Shown here one piece after another: positions 35,452 through 49,100 of a stretch of 59,240 nt of DNA. Location of the stretch: positions 1-59,240 of the forward strand of contig JAUCBJ010000779.1 in assembly GCA_032718475.1 (NCBI GenBank). Reading direction: 5' to 3'. The notes beneath the pieces were generated by a model, which made no database searches, was not told where the DNA came from, and worked only from the letters and a program-made list of their open reading frames with translations. Within the stretch, counting starts at the first letter, position 1. Each line of letters opens with the position of its first letter. Position numbers and translations under genes: made by a program. Source of the stretch: Nemertoderma westbladi (lineage: Eukaryota; Animalia; Xenacoelomorpha).

Positions 35452-36910
35452 TTTTTTGTTTGTACGTAGGTATCACTTGCCTGGATCCGACCGAAAAAAA
35501 AAAATTTCGAAAAAATGTACTGGGGTGGTTATATTGCAGCACCAAAATTACAAGTAGTGCACAATTTTCACAAAATTTGAAAGTTACATTTTCGGCTAAT
35601 TATTTTTCAATACAGATTTTCTGGGGTGCAAAATACATTGGAAAATATTTTAAAATGATATGATTACTATAAATGGCTGTTTAGACCTCTCTGCGTAGGA
35701 AAAAAATGAAAAAAACAAGTAACCAGCACTTTTCAGTTAGAACACAAAATTTTTAATTCACTTATACTATGCTATAAATTCACATTTTCAGGTTTTCGAG
35801 GGCGCTGATTCTAATGGAATACATTTCAAATATGCTAGATCATTGCTACTTGTATTTTTCGGCGTAATTTGGCAAATTTTGGTGCTAGCACCAAATTTCG
35901 TACCCATCACCAAAAAGTACAAGTTTGCGATGTCCAGTGCTGTTTTTATTGATTCCATCGGATTCAGGACCCTCATAAACCCGTATAACGCAAGAAACGA
36001 GGTGAAACTATCTACTGATCAATTTGCATATTTTCCAAAATTTGGTGCTGGCACAACAATTTTCACCCAACGGCGAAAAATACAAGTTTGAGAACTCCTA
36101 TGAAATTTTTACTGCTTCCATTGAATTCAGAACCATCACAAACCCGTATAACGCAAGAAACAAGGTGACACAATCAATTGATATATTTGATGGTTTTCAA
36201 AATTTGGTGCTGGCACCACATTTTGCACCCACATCCGAAAAATACAAGTTTGAGATGCCTAGTTCGATAATTATATATTCCATTGAATTCAGAACAGCCA
36301 TAAACCTCTAAAACGCAAGAAATAAATTGTCACAAGCAATTTTATCTATTGAATGGAATTTCAAAATTTCGTGCTAGCACCAAAATTTGCACACAGCACC
36401 GAAAAATACAAGTTTGATACGCTTAGTGCAACTCGTATATATTTCATCGAATCCAGAACCCCAAAAAACCCCAATTGCGTAAAAAACAAGTTTCAAATAA
36501 TCAATTTACAAAATTGACATATTTCAAAATTTGGTGCTGGCACCAAAATTTGGCACCCACCGAAAAAAACAAGTTTGAAATTTCTAAATCAATTTATATG
36601 AATTCCATCCAATTTCTAACACCAAAAAACCGGTGTAAATCGAAAATAGATATGTTACAATTCATATTTAATGAAATGTAATTTTCAAAAAACGTCTCAA
36701 AAAAGTGCCAAAAGTAGGGTTAAAAAATGGTGCTATAAATCGAAAAGTATGCAATATTTTTGAAAACGGTTTTCACTACTAGGAAGATAATAGATTTTTA
36801 GGAAAAGTCAGAAAGTTTCAGATTCCCAACTGCGTTTGTTTCAGAATTATAATAAAAAAACCACGGGGGGGGTCATATTGACCCCCCCCCCCCCCCCGGG
36901 TTTAATAGGG
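35452..36910 (-). mobile_element. TTAA-targeting (piggyBac-like) non-autonomous DNA element, one end visible, internal ~163-bp repeats
   Basis: Minus-strand terminus TTAA|CCCTATTAAACCCGGGG...GTCAATATGACCCCC interrupts D exactly at TTAA 36911-36914. TTTGGTGCT(A/G)GCACCA repeats at ~35878, 36041, 36202, 36368 and 36530. Confidence 0.65.
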
Positions 36911-39084
36911 TTAAAGGGAAGGCAGACCTGATACCGCAAGGGATTTTCCTGAGAACGGCAAGGTACAGTATAAGCAGGATCTGATTCAACTGGGTATTCC
37001 TTGATACCAACTGACTCAAGGCTCCATAGTCGAGTAATATCGTCATCCAACTCGAAAACAAAGAGTGAAGGACTAGATATATGGTCAATATTAGATAAAG
37101 AATTCATTGGTCCAGAAAGGACATAACCAAAAAAGGTAGATATGGCAGTAGGTAAACCTGGAACTATCAAAGGTTGACCAGTTACTGACCAAAGTTGATC
37201 AGCTCCGATCATGAGGTCGATGGTGCGGTTGTTCCCATCAAAAGAATCGGCCCAAGGACCAAGATGAGCGATCTGACTGGGAAGGTATAGAAGACGTTCC
37301 TGTCGCATGTCTGGACAAAGTCTCTCAGTGGTCCAAGCCATCAACGTGATAGGTTGTGGAGAGAAAGTACTCCTTAGGTCAAAGGATACACAATGGGATA
37401 GTTGAGAATATACCTGTTCCCCAAAGGATCCGGTGGTTAAGGTACGGGACTGGCTAGCAGGTAGACCAATATGAGAGGCAGTGCTACCACGAATATAGGA
37501 ACGTTTGGACCCATCGTCGAGATACACGTGAATCCAAACACCATTGTCTGAGTTTGGCGAAGAAATAAAAGCCCTTGCTATCTTAACAAATACAGTATAA
37601 GGTTCCAAGTCTGTAGCCGAATTTGCAGGATCAATGGATGCTGAACTAGGTTGCCAAGAAGTAGGCGGTTGATAGCTAATAGGTTTATCAGGTCGACTAT
37701 TAGTAGTATTGGCGGCAGAAGAACTAGACACGCCTGATTTCTGACTATAGCATAATAAGGAGTGATGAGATTTACCACAACTGCGACATTTGGTGGTTGA
37801 AGGGCAACTGGCAGTTTTATGTGGACCAAGGCAATTATGGCATAAATGTGAAGATCTAATTAAAGCTGAACGATCTTCCGGTGATTTACTCAGGAAGGCA
37901 GAACAGAGTTTTATACTATGTGGTTTACCACCACAGGCTAGGCAAGAATGACGTTCAGAGACAGGCAATGCAGATACAGTAGATCGCTGAAATTCAATAC
38001 GATTATGGCTGGAAAATCTCTGCTTAGAATCTGCAGTAGGTTTGGGGGTAGAATTATTTGGAGGTTTAAAGGCCATAGCCTCTCGAGTTTCCAGCTCTAT
38101 ACGAACAAACTTAAGAAGCTCAGTTAGATCAAAACGATCAGTAGTATGGCTGCGGTTCCATTCAAGTACAACCTCATTAGGAAGCTTCTGAATGAGCAAT
38201 GGGGCCAGTAATAAAGAAGTTAATCCAGAGGATTGAGTACTATTTTGTGGCTGGCTGGAAGGTTCAATCTCAGAGGCCAGTGTCTGAATTTCGCGGAGAG
38301 AACCCTGGAATATATCAATAGTCCTACGAAAGGAACCTACATCATTAGCTATGATAGCAGGCAGGCTACAAATTCGGGATGCATACAACCCAATAAGATG
38401 ATGCGGATTCCCGTATCTTTGTTTCAAAAGATCAATGGAAAGCTGGTAATTGCAGGCAGAAGCAGATATGCCAGCTAGGGCATCCTTAGCTTCACCCTGG
38501 AGAGAGTGGCGGAGGTACACGAATTTCTTAATATCTGGTAGGCTGGTTTCGTGCACTAATACACTGAATTGGTCCCAAAAAGGGCGCCATTGAATAAAAT
38601 CTCCATTAAAACGAGGTACCTGAATTTTAGGTAGGCCTTGAATATGTTCCTGCGGCCTCGAGTCTGATGAAGATATTGAATTATTATCAATGCGGTCTGA
38701 GGCACGATCGAGACGAGTAAGGAGACGCTGTGACTTAAACAACAACTCATCCATCTGATCAAAGATACCACGATCAAGGGGCGCATGTCCAGCCCGATTT
38801 GGGGTACTCCCTTCCCCAAACTGGCTGTCGGTATCGACTTCTAAAGTTTGTGAAATTACATGGTTCAAGGCAGAACGCTGAGTTTCAAGTCGGTTGATCC
38901 TATAGGCGAGGTCATCCGAATCGGCTCTATCTCCAAGGTCACGGACAGCACTCAAATCAGCTATAAAACGTCTACAGCGCGTACGTTCTGTATCTAATTG
39001 CAGCCTTAAATTGGCAACTTCCGGGATACCGGTAGGCGGTGTACCGGTAGCTGGCAATGTGGTATCGTTTTCGAAATCTGACAT
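36911..39084 (-). CDS. BEL/Pao element D gag-protease (open up to the TTAA insertion)
   Basis: LPKIQVPRFNGDFIQWRPFWDQF (DUF1759-like), three BEL knuckles (CLACGGKPHSIKLC, CHNCLGPHKTASC, CRSCGKSHHSLLC), protease YLDDGS, IDLMIGAD, LWSLESVGI. Confidence 0.92.
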
Positions 39085-39622
39085 AATTAGGTAGGCTAGG
39101 AGTAGGATGTTCTATAATACCGGTACCGAATACCACATCAGTTACCGTTATGGAGGTTCTGAGTTAAAGTGTAGGCCGATTGCTGTACCGGTAAAGGAAT
39201 GTAAAATGGCAGGACGTACTGTTAACGGTTATCCAAGTATGAAATTCCGAGGATGTTGATCGAGTTTATACTGTTACAGTATACCGGTAAGGTGAAATCG
39301 AAAGGTTCATCGCAGTAATCCGGTTCGAAGAGTGTGGCAACGCCAAAGGTTGGTAAGAGAAAAGGTAGGCATAACTTGTGGACTGTATAATATAATAAGT
39401 ACTGAAATATAATAGGTCGGCAGGTAGGTCGGCATACAGACTGACAGGCATGACAGGTAAGAAGGCATTTGGTACTGTACCGGTAGGTAAGTACGGTATG
39501 TGTGCAATAAGGCCATAAAGCATATAATCAAGGTCCATTATATATCTCTACTGTAGTTAAGGAGTCTTTAAGTCTATAAGTAGGAAAGGAGTCTATAAAC
39601 GTCGGCACAGTCTATAAGTAGG

Positions 39623-40885
39623 TGTAAAAGCTTCTGTGGGATATAACTGGCCCCTTTGCTTCGCAATCCAGTTTCCCCCCAGGCGCTGGAATACTCTAAA
39701 AGGGTTCTCTAACTGTATATATATTCCCCTCGCCCTCAAGGTACCGTTACTGGTGTTTTAACGGACATAAAAGTCATTCTGTTATATACGTGTTTTAGCG
39801 GACATGGTAAGACAAAAAACCTGCAATGCGACAAATACCTTTCATAGCTTAGCCGTGATGATTCATATTACGACATCTAACAGCTGGTTGCTGACATGGA
39901 AACAGCCATTGAACGCATGGTTCTTTGTTTGGCTTGAACCAATCAGAGCGATTTTTCCTGTCGACGTGTAGCTTTTCGGTCGATCATAAGGAGTGTGTTC
40001 AGTCTTACAGTTTTTTCTTGATACTTTGTGGTTATTGCTGTCTAGGCCAGGAATAACGGCTCTAGAGTCAATTCATTTCATACTTTTAGAAGAAACATTA
40101 GTAGGCTAAAATTATAGAGCGTATGACTGTTATCAGTTCTTAACAACTCATATCACATATCGGTCCATATCAGTTCATATCATAACTTAACATACCGTCT
40201 TAATGCTGTTTACTGTTGTGTTTTGGTTGAATATTATTTGGAGAACATATATAAAGAACCCAAATTTCCCAATTTTCTTGATACACTACAGGTTAGAGAG
40301 ACGGGTTATATATAGCGATTGCGACTTATATTGTTGTGGTTTGTAGTGAATTTAATGCTATTTGATAAGCACTACATTGGTCCGTTGCTATTCCCTTTAT
40401 ATATGATAAAATTCATTGACGGTCGGCAAATTAGTGAGCAGTATTGTGTGTTACCGGTAGTGTGCATGATTGTGACTGATAACTAAGCATTTCCTAAAGA
40501 ATGCGCCTCATACGTGAATCTTAAGCCTTACCGACTTACCGTTGTGATTAGTGTAAGTCATATCTCGGTTTACTTAGATAGAGCGCCACGTCCTAAAGGA
40601 ACTGTTAATATTTCCCGAAAGTAAATAATATTAGTCAGAAATTAATTATTAATGATCAATCGAATAATACAATACAGTAAGCTTCACTGCAATAATAATT
40701 TAAGCCCTCAGAATCCAGTCTCCCGGGATTATCCAGCGGGTGAATGGACGCGCACTAGGCTGGCTTCTGCTAATGTTGTGTTTATTGGTATTAAATATTT
40801 GTCATCTTCTAAAGTATATTTATAAACCAAAAGACATATAAATTTTGGCAGGTTAAACTGCTAAAGGTCTTCAAAAGCGCGTACA
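39623..40885 (+). repeat. 5' LTR of A
   Basis: TGTAAAAG...GCGCGTACA. Only three differences from the 3' LTR seen by eye (39751, 39782, 40054). Confidence 0.96.
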
Positions 40886-40896
40886 ATAACAGTTAT
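40886..40896 (+). promoter_or_regulatory. Non-tRNA primer-binding site ATAACAGTTAT, complementary to LTR segment 40123-40133
   Basis: Directly follows the LTR, has no TGG, and pairs with ATGACTGTTAT (10 Watson-Crick pairs + 1 G-U). Confidence 0.75.
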
Positions 40897-43119
40897 TGAC
40901 TTTATTGCAGTAAGCAATAAAGTTGAAAGTACCGGTCGACCGGTAAACCTGAACCGGTACTTCTGTAGGTCAGTAGGCCCAACTGCCAGAACCGGTACTG
41001 CTGTAGGTCCGTAGGTCCAACTGCCAGAACCGGTACTTCTGTAGGTCCGTAGGCCCAACTGTCCTAACCGGTACTTCCAGTATAAGTACATTAGTATTAT
41101 TCGATTTTGATTATTGCATACAGGTAGGCTGTTTAAGAGATTAGGGACTGTACACCCCTTGTTTCTTTTGGAGCTTACTTATTTCTGTCAGTTTTATTTA
41201 CATGTAAGTTAATATTGAGCTGAAGACGTGTAAGTCTGCTCAGATTGTTCAGATAATTGTAGGCTGGACTGTTGTCGGATTGTTGTTGGGTTTGGAGAGA
41301 TTACTGCGTGTGTAGAGTTTGTCCGATAGAGTGCCAGTTAGTAAGTTGGGGCAGCCATAGCTGTAAGGTCAATCCCCTATTAAAGAATAAGTCGTACTAC
41401 CGTGTTAGAACGCATACTAACTAACCATTTTGGAATCTGCACATACTGTAGTTTATTTAGGCTTGACAGTATTCTGCCAGCGTTTTGGCCTGTGTTTGTT
41501 TGTGTGGTCTGTTCAGGTACCGTAATAGTTATTACTCAGATATTTTGTAGGCTGGATTGTTGTCTAGCTATTATTAGGTCTGAAGAGATTGCTGCGTGTG
41601 TAGAGTTTGTCCGATAGAGTGCCAGTTAGTAAGTTGGGGCAGCCATAGCTGTAAGGTCAATCCCCTCTTAAAGAATAAGTCGTACTACCGTGTTAGAACG
41701 CATACTAACTAACCATTTTGGAATCTGCACATACTGTAGTTTATTTAGGCTTGGTGGTAGTCTGCCAGCGTTTGGTTTGTATTTTGTTTGAGTATTCTGT
41801 ACGGGTAGCGTAATATTTATTATTCAGAGTTTATGCGATTATTCGCAACATTCATGTCCCCAAGTTTATTCCTACAGTAATTGTGTTTGTTACACATACC
41901 GTTATAGTTAAATTAACCCCGGTACTACACGGGCTGCTTGGCGTAGGACAAGACTGGTGACTTTGTGCTTCGGTCACTCCAGCAGATGCCGTGGTTCTTT
42001 TAACTGTTCAAGTATATTTAACTACTGATTATTTGTTGTACCAGTGCTTGTACCTAATTTAGGGTTTAGTGTACAGTGCTTTCCGAAAGTAATTAGTGTG
42101 TAGGCAGTATATTTGTGTTGTAAAGTGGTTAATAGGCACGCTGGATCTGGTAGTCCGCGGTAATTAACTTCTAGGTAGGAACACTCCGTGATACATAACG
42201 TAGTACCTATAGCGATACGGCTATAGGTCGTCAGGCGGTGGTATTTTCCTATCTGGACAGTGCAATATATTTACTACTACTTATTATTTTCAAATACCGT
42301 AGTACCCTGTCCGTTGTAATAAACCGAATTCTAACCCTTTGTTAGACTGGTTTGTAGACTTCCTGTAAAATTACCCTAAAAATTAGTACGTAATATTTTT
42401 TGTTGTGTTTAATTAGAGATTTAATCTCACCCGTATCGTACGTAATTTGTAGTATTAAGTAACTTAGGTAAATTAGAATTATCTGTTTTAGTGTCCCATA
42501 AATAGCACTTCACTGAGAGCGCACAGCTTCTGTGTAGTGACCCCCAGAAATAATAACATTTATTTCAAATATTGACAAAACCCTTTTTAAACGGGTATAT
42601 ATATATATTATAAATCAACTCAAACGATTTATAAATAGTAGGCCTGCCATACAACAACTAGGTCTCAATATCAGTTGGACTACTGCTTAAATAACGGTAA
42701 CAAAGTAAGTTAAAGTAACCAAGTAACCCTAAATATTCAGAAATTCAATTATTATAAAAATAATTGACATACCGGTATTTACCATAGGCTTATTATATTT
42801 ATTCTATAAATTCGAGCTGAAATCATACCGGTATTCTGTAATAATTCTAGTTCATAATTATACTTATATATACTATAAGTGTAAGCTGTATACCGGTATT
42901 CACGATAGGCCTATTATATATTTATATATATTTGTGCTAAAATTATATACCGGTACTCTGTGACAAAACTAGTTTAAAATACTTATATATATTATAAGTG
43001 CATACCGGTATTCTAATATACTGCAATAAATTACCGGTACTAGGCCAACGGTCATACTGAATTACTAGACTTGCTTTAACTGTAACTATAGCAGTAAGTA
43101 TTCAACTGTATAGCTAAAC

Positions 43120-46100
43120 ATGTCTGACACTCAGCAAAACCTGTCAGACAGTCTAATCGATACAACCATCTGTGACACAGATAGGAGTGTGGAGCGATTA
43201 AGAAAGGAGTTCAGCTCACCTCCTACTGAAAGAAAGGTCATCCCTCCAGTAGTAGTATCAGACCCTAAGTTAATCCAACACCGTAGGTCTATCATCGGCA
43301 CTCGGGCCCAAGTCAAACGGAACCAGGAAGCAGCTGCCCCACAGCAGCAACAGCCTAGTCAAGAAACTTGTTCCCAGCGATTCAATAGCTCCAGTAGTTC
43401 GGATACTGTCGAACTGACCCCCGAACGCGGATTGCAGATGACGGCTAAAGCCTACTCAGACCCCCTTCTCACCCTTCCTGCCGCAGTGCTAACTACTATA
43501 TTGATTGCGGTGGAGGAACATCAAGCCGACTGGGCGAGAAATAAGCGAGCGACCCAAGATAATTATGCGGGATACGCCAGGGAAGAATTGATGTCGATTG
43601 TCGAGTCACAATGGAACTTTCCCGGACCCGGACTCCCGTTAGATCTGTCCGAGGCTACTTGGGAAGATATACACAGGATGGGAGTAGCTAAAGATACGAT
43701 GGATCCAGCTGTTTGGAAGAGGTCGGCAGCAGGATATGTGCAGGGATTCTTCGGCTCCTTAGAGAGATTAGAAGAACAACTGTTTCGACAACCCCAAGGA
43801 GCTCAAGAGCAGGAAGAACTGCTATATCAAGTACGCGAAAGAACCCTACGCATTCGACTAATCCTATCAGCTTTTGAGGAAACTTCCAAAAGGAGACAGG
43901 ACACGTCACTGCAGGTTGCTGTCAAAACTTGGTTCCAGCGGGTAGGTCTCCAAATCCAAGAAACAGACCAGTGGAAATCCCAGCTGTCTGAGAGACTAAC
44001 TTATGAAGAACCAACCGATGCCACCCTTTCTCAAGTGGAAGGCGAAGAGACCTCAGAGAAACCACGAACGAGAGACGCCATAGACATTTATCTGTCCGAC
44101 TATCAGCGATTCCTAGGAGACGAAGAGTTGAGGAGACGGCTGTCTGGACTTTCCCCCAATAGTGAAGGAACCCAGCGTGTGTTAGATTCAATCGATGCTG
44201 AAATGTTAGCTGCTAACCAAGCAGAATTTTGATGAAAAACTCCGCCTCGCTAGAGTCCAAGAAGAAAAAGTAAAGAAAAGACGGATAGAGGAACAAAAGG
44301 CGGCGGCTACGGCAGAAGCAGAAGCAGAAAGAAAAGCAGCGGCGGCAGAAGTAGAAGCCGAAAGAAAGGCAGCCGCGGCAGAAGTAGAAGCAGAAAGAAT
44401 AGCAGCAAGGGCAGCAGCGGCAGAAGCAGAAGCAAAAAGAAGGGCAGCAGCGGCAGAAGCAGAAGCAAAAAGAAAGGCAGCGGCGGCAGAAGCAAAGGCG
44501 GAAAGGGCAGTGGCAGAAGCAGAACGGAGAGCGTCTGAGCAGACTACCCAACTGGAGTTGGAAAATCTGCAAGAGACGCAAGACAACATAAATAAACAGT
44601 TAACTGCTAGTCACATGCAGATGATGAGAAAATCTACTCCCAAACGCCAGGGATACACATCATCGGAAGAAAGTGAAACCACCGATCCTGAAGGCGGAGG
44701 AAATAGATCTCGTCTAAGCAGGCGTAGAAAAACATCTCATCGTCACAAATTGCCTGATTTGCCCCCAGCTGTTAGAAGACAACTAGCTAGCACAGACTTA
44801 GCGAGTACGGAACCCACATACCAAACTATTCAGGTCAAAAGACTCCCTACAATAGTTGATGAGCCTGAAATAATTAGGCCTGTCGTTCCCAAAGTCACAC
44901 CTGTGCTAGAGACCCCTGTACTTCCAGAGCTTAACTCTAAGTTCCCTTTACACAGTACTATACTGCCTGTACCCGGTAGAACAGTCCATGAGAATATTCC
45001 TGTCCTGGAAGCTGAGAGAGAAATCAAAGATTTGTCTCCCGTCGTCCCACGTCAGCCCGCTACAATGTTGGCAACTCCCGCTTCGGCGGTTGAGTGGGTA
45101 GAGGAGGGACGGCGGGGGATGAATCTCCTGCTCAGACAGATGCAGGAGACTGTTCACCAGCTTAAGGGAACAGTAAGGGAAGGTAGAGCAGAGTTGCAAG
45201 AAGTGCAGCAAAGTATCGCACTGGAACGCGACAAGTTAGTCAATATACAAAAGGGCATACCAATACCCCCTGTAACATTGTGTCAACCTGTTAGGTCTGA
45301 AGTATTACATGCGCAAGGTGTGGAGCCTACACGCATCTATACTGCTAGTGAAGTAGAAACTCCTATAGCAAACCCTATTAAGGGTGATTATAGACCTGTT
45401 ATTAATGATATTCCCTATAGACCTGATAATGATCCGAGAAATTTATATACCGATAATTCGATATTAAATAACACGATGGCCCAAGAAAGCTTTACGCGGC
45501 AGATGGCTAGAACAGAAGCCCGCCAAGAGGTCAAAGTGGGAGAGATCGTCAAATTCAATGGAGATGAGATGAAATGGTTACCTTTCAACGAATATTACAA
45601 AGACAGCATACAGAACTCTGTGCTATCTAACGGAGAGAAACTTAGGTTCCTCATCAAGTGCTTGGAAGGACCTCCCAAGTTAATGGCGTTAAAGTTTATT
45701 GGACATCCAGAAGGATTAAGACAAGTATGGGATACATTAAACATCAGGTATGGTAACAAGGATAACATAGCTAAGTATTTGTATGCAAAATTAGTAGCCC
45801 CCCGACACTTCCTTAGTAGCGGGATTATAGAGTTTTCCGATGAGATTCAAGAGATCTGTAGACAATTGGACTGGTTAGGTAAGTCTCATGAATATCAGAG
45901 TTCAATGGTTATTGGAGCCGTAGTCTCTACTTTACCAAAGGGTGGAGTATGTACCCGCTGGGACAAGAAAGTGTTGTACATGAATGAACAACAATGACGA
46001 AGTCCTACCATGGCTGATCTCATGTCCTTCTTAGATGGTGAGGTAAAACTACAACTCATCAAGCAGTCCAGAGAGAAAACATCGGAAAATAAGGTAAGTG

Positions 46101-49100
46101 AGAAACCCGCTTCTAGGAGAAGAATAACACCGGTGTGTTACACTGACGACGGCGAAAGCCAAGTTTCTCAAGAAGAGGACAGCGGGAAAGATACTGAGCG
46201 ATCTTACTACGTTGACAAAACCTCAAAAGATGTAAGTAAATACAAGGCTCGAAACAACGATAGGAGAGAACAGGTTGCCAAGACCCCCCCTCAGTCTCCT
46301 AACAGAATGCACCGAAGAAAACCCGAAGAAAAAACGAGAGTGCATCAAGTTACCCAAGGTAAGGTGAGTAACATAAAACCTAACTGTGCGCTGTGCGACG
46401 GGACCCACCGTTTGAGTGCGTGTGCTGAATTTCTAAAGAAATCCCTTGTAGACAGACGTGCAGTTGTGTGGGACAAGCGGTTATGCTATAATTGCCTCAG
46501 ACCAGGACACCAACGGCGAACCTGTTACTCCGACATAAAGTGTGCAAAGTGTGGCGCGAAACATCACATCTTGTTACACAGTGAGTTCGAACGAGACAAA
46601 CAGAGTCAGGTAAGTGAGCCCGAACTACATGTCCAATTCAGTGATGTAAACGGCACTGATCAGGAGTCTGAGATGGAAGGATTCTATACTGACGAATTCT
46701 CCGACGCCAACGAATCCTGTTATCTAATCAATACCGCAGTGTATCGAGCACTTACTTATGAAAAGGACACCAACAATGAGTTTCCCCCAACTACTTTTGC
46801 CAAACAACCATCTTGGAAAGCTCCAACTTCCAACGTAGGAATCAGAGAATTTCCTGTAGTGCAGGTAAGAGTTCACGGTCTTAACAAAAGTTACATAGTG
46901 AACGCCCTCCTTGACTCCGGCAGCACAGGAACATTCATCTATCAAGAATTAGCCGAAGATATCTTTGCTGGACAACCCAAATTCCGGACTAAATTGAATA
47001 TGTCAGGAATTATGCAGGTTTGGAAATCTACCTTAACGGCAGATTACTATGTAGGTGTGTTGTCCACCCCCCAGGATAAGTTAGGAACACAAGGTATAAG
47101 GTCGGTAAAAATGGTGGCTATAAAGAACTTCGCTACTACTCAAGCAGACCTTTATAATTGGGACGAGGATGAGAGCATCCAACATCTTGAGATACCTCGA
47201 TTCCAGACAGATTATCCTGGAGTGCAAATCCTCATCGGCCAGAATGCACATGAGGCGCTCGAAACATTGGAGAAACGGCCTGCTCAACCACAGCCACTGC
47301 AAACCTATGCAGTAAGAACTAGAGTAGGTTGGTACTTTACTGGCCCTTCCCGCAGGACTCTCGAAGAGAGAATGCCACAAGAACACACATACCAAGTACA
47401 CGATTGGGAAGTGGAGAGCAGTGAGGTGGACGAACTAACTGAGGGAACACCATACTCCTCAGATAATGACGACATCTACCAACTCTTCGATGAAGAGAAC
47501 ACAATCGACCTACTTACAGAAAACCAAACTTGGAAAAGTCAGGTGAACCTAGGTCAACTGATTCACCCATCGGTACCCATCGCTTACAATGACGAACTAA
47601 ACGATGAGATAGAGCGCTACAACGCTAGAACTCGGGACGAACTAGCTGTACGATTCTTTACTCAGGAACTGGTAGAGCCCAATTCATATGATAAGGCTCT
47701 ATCGATAGAAGAAGAAAGAGCCAAGCAAATCCAGGAAACAACTACACGTTTTTTAAAAGACCAAGGTAGGTATGAAATCGGCCTACCATTTCGAAAACGA
47801 GAACCTAGATTTATAAATAACAGACCTTTGGCAGAGAAAAGAATCGCTCAATTACATCGACGACTTACAGCTAATGCTTCAGCGAAAGAAATGTACCAAA
47901 CTCAGCTGAGGAAATTTATAACAAAGGGATACGCGGAGCGAGTACCGGAAGGAACACCAGTGACTGAGAGAACGTATTATTTAACACATCATTACGTTCC
48001 CAAACCCGGTAAACCCCATGAAGTAAGAGTCGTATTTGATGGCTCCGCTCTATATATGGGCCAATCCCTTAATTCCGAGTTGTTACCAGGACCCAACTTA
48101 CTCCAATCTTTGTTGGGAATACTATTAAGATTAAGACAATATTCCATCACGTTCGCCTCTGATATCGAAGGAATGTTCTTACAAGTCAAGGCGCTGGATA
48201 GAGATAGAGATAGCCTGAGATTTCTGTGGTGGCCTGAAGGAGACCTCAACCAGAAACCGGTAGAGTACTGGATGACCATCCAGGCTTTTGGGATCATATC
48301 AAGCCCTTCCAACGCCTGCTCCGTGGTGCGAACCACTGCGAATGACAACCGAGACTCCTTCTCCAAAGAAGTGACAGACAACATAAAACGCAATATATAC
48401 ATGGACGACAATTTAAGGTCCCTTCCATCAGTAGAAGAAGCCATAGCTGTCGCGAAAGGAACGGTAGAGTGTTTGAAAAGAGGTGGATTTCGACTGACGA
48501 AATTCACTAGCAACTCCCGTGAGTTTCTGGAAGCCATACCGGTAGAAGATCGCGGAGCGAAAGACCTAGACTTGATAAAGGACGATCTTCCTGAAACCAA
48601 GACGCTAGGCTTGAAGTGGGACACTGAAAGAGACATCCTGTTTTTTCAGTTGAAACAGCGAGATAATCCAGTTCGGACCAAACGGATTTGTTTAAGTATC
48701 CTGAGTACTTATTTCGACCCATTGGGATTTATTAGCCCAGTTATATTGATTGCTCGGAGTTTAGTACAACAGATGTGGCTTGAAAACCACTCATGGGACG
48801 ATCCGCTTAAGGGAGAATTGTTGAAGAAATGGATGAAATGGGAAGATTCTCTACCTGCCATCGAGAACTTTATAATATTTTGCATATTTGTGCATATTTT
48901 GGCCATGTTCTTCCTACGTATTCCTATCAACTCCATGTGTTTGGAGACGCCAGCGACATGGGAATAGGTATAGTAGCATATCTGCGAGTCGAAACTCCGG
49001 ATGGAATCAAGGTCGCCTTGGTTACCTCTAAGGCATTGATTAACAACAAGTTAAAGGTTCCTCGAGCGGAGTTAAAGGCGGCTTTATACGCTACAGCCAT

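Noticed and set aside
44222-44235. Programmed ribosomal frameshift in A gag at GAATTTTGA
   Set aside because: No canonical slippery heptamer with downstream structure is evident. The element has many other lesions, so a 1-bp insertion is simpler.
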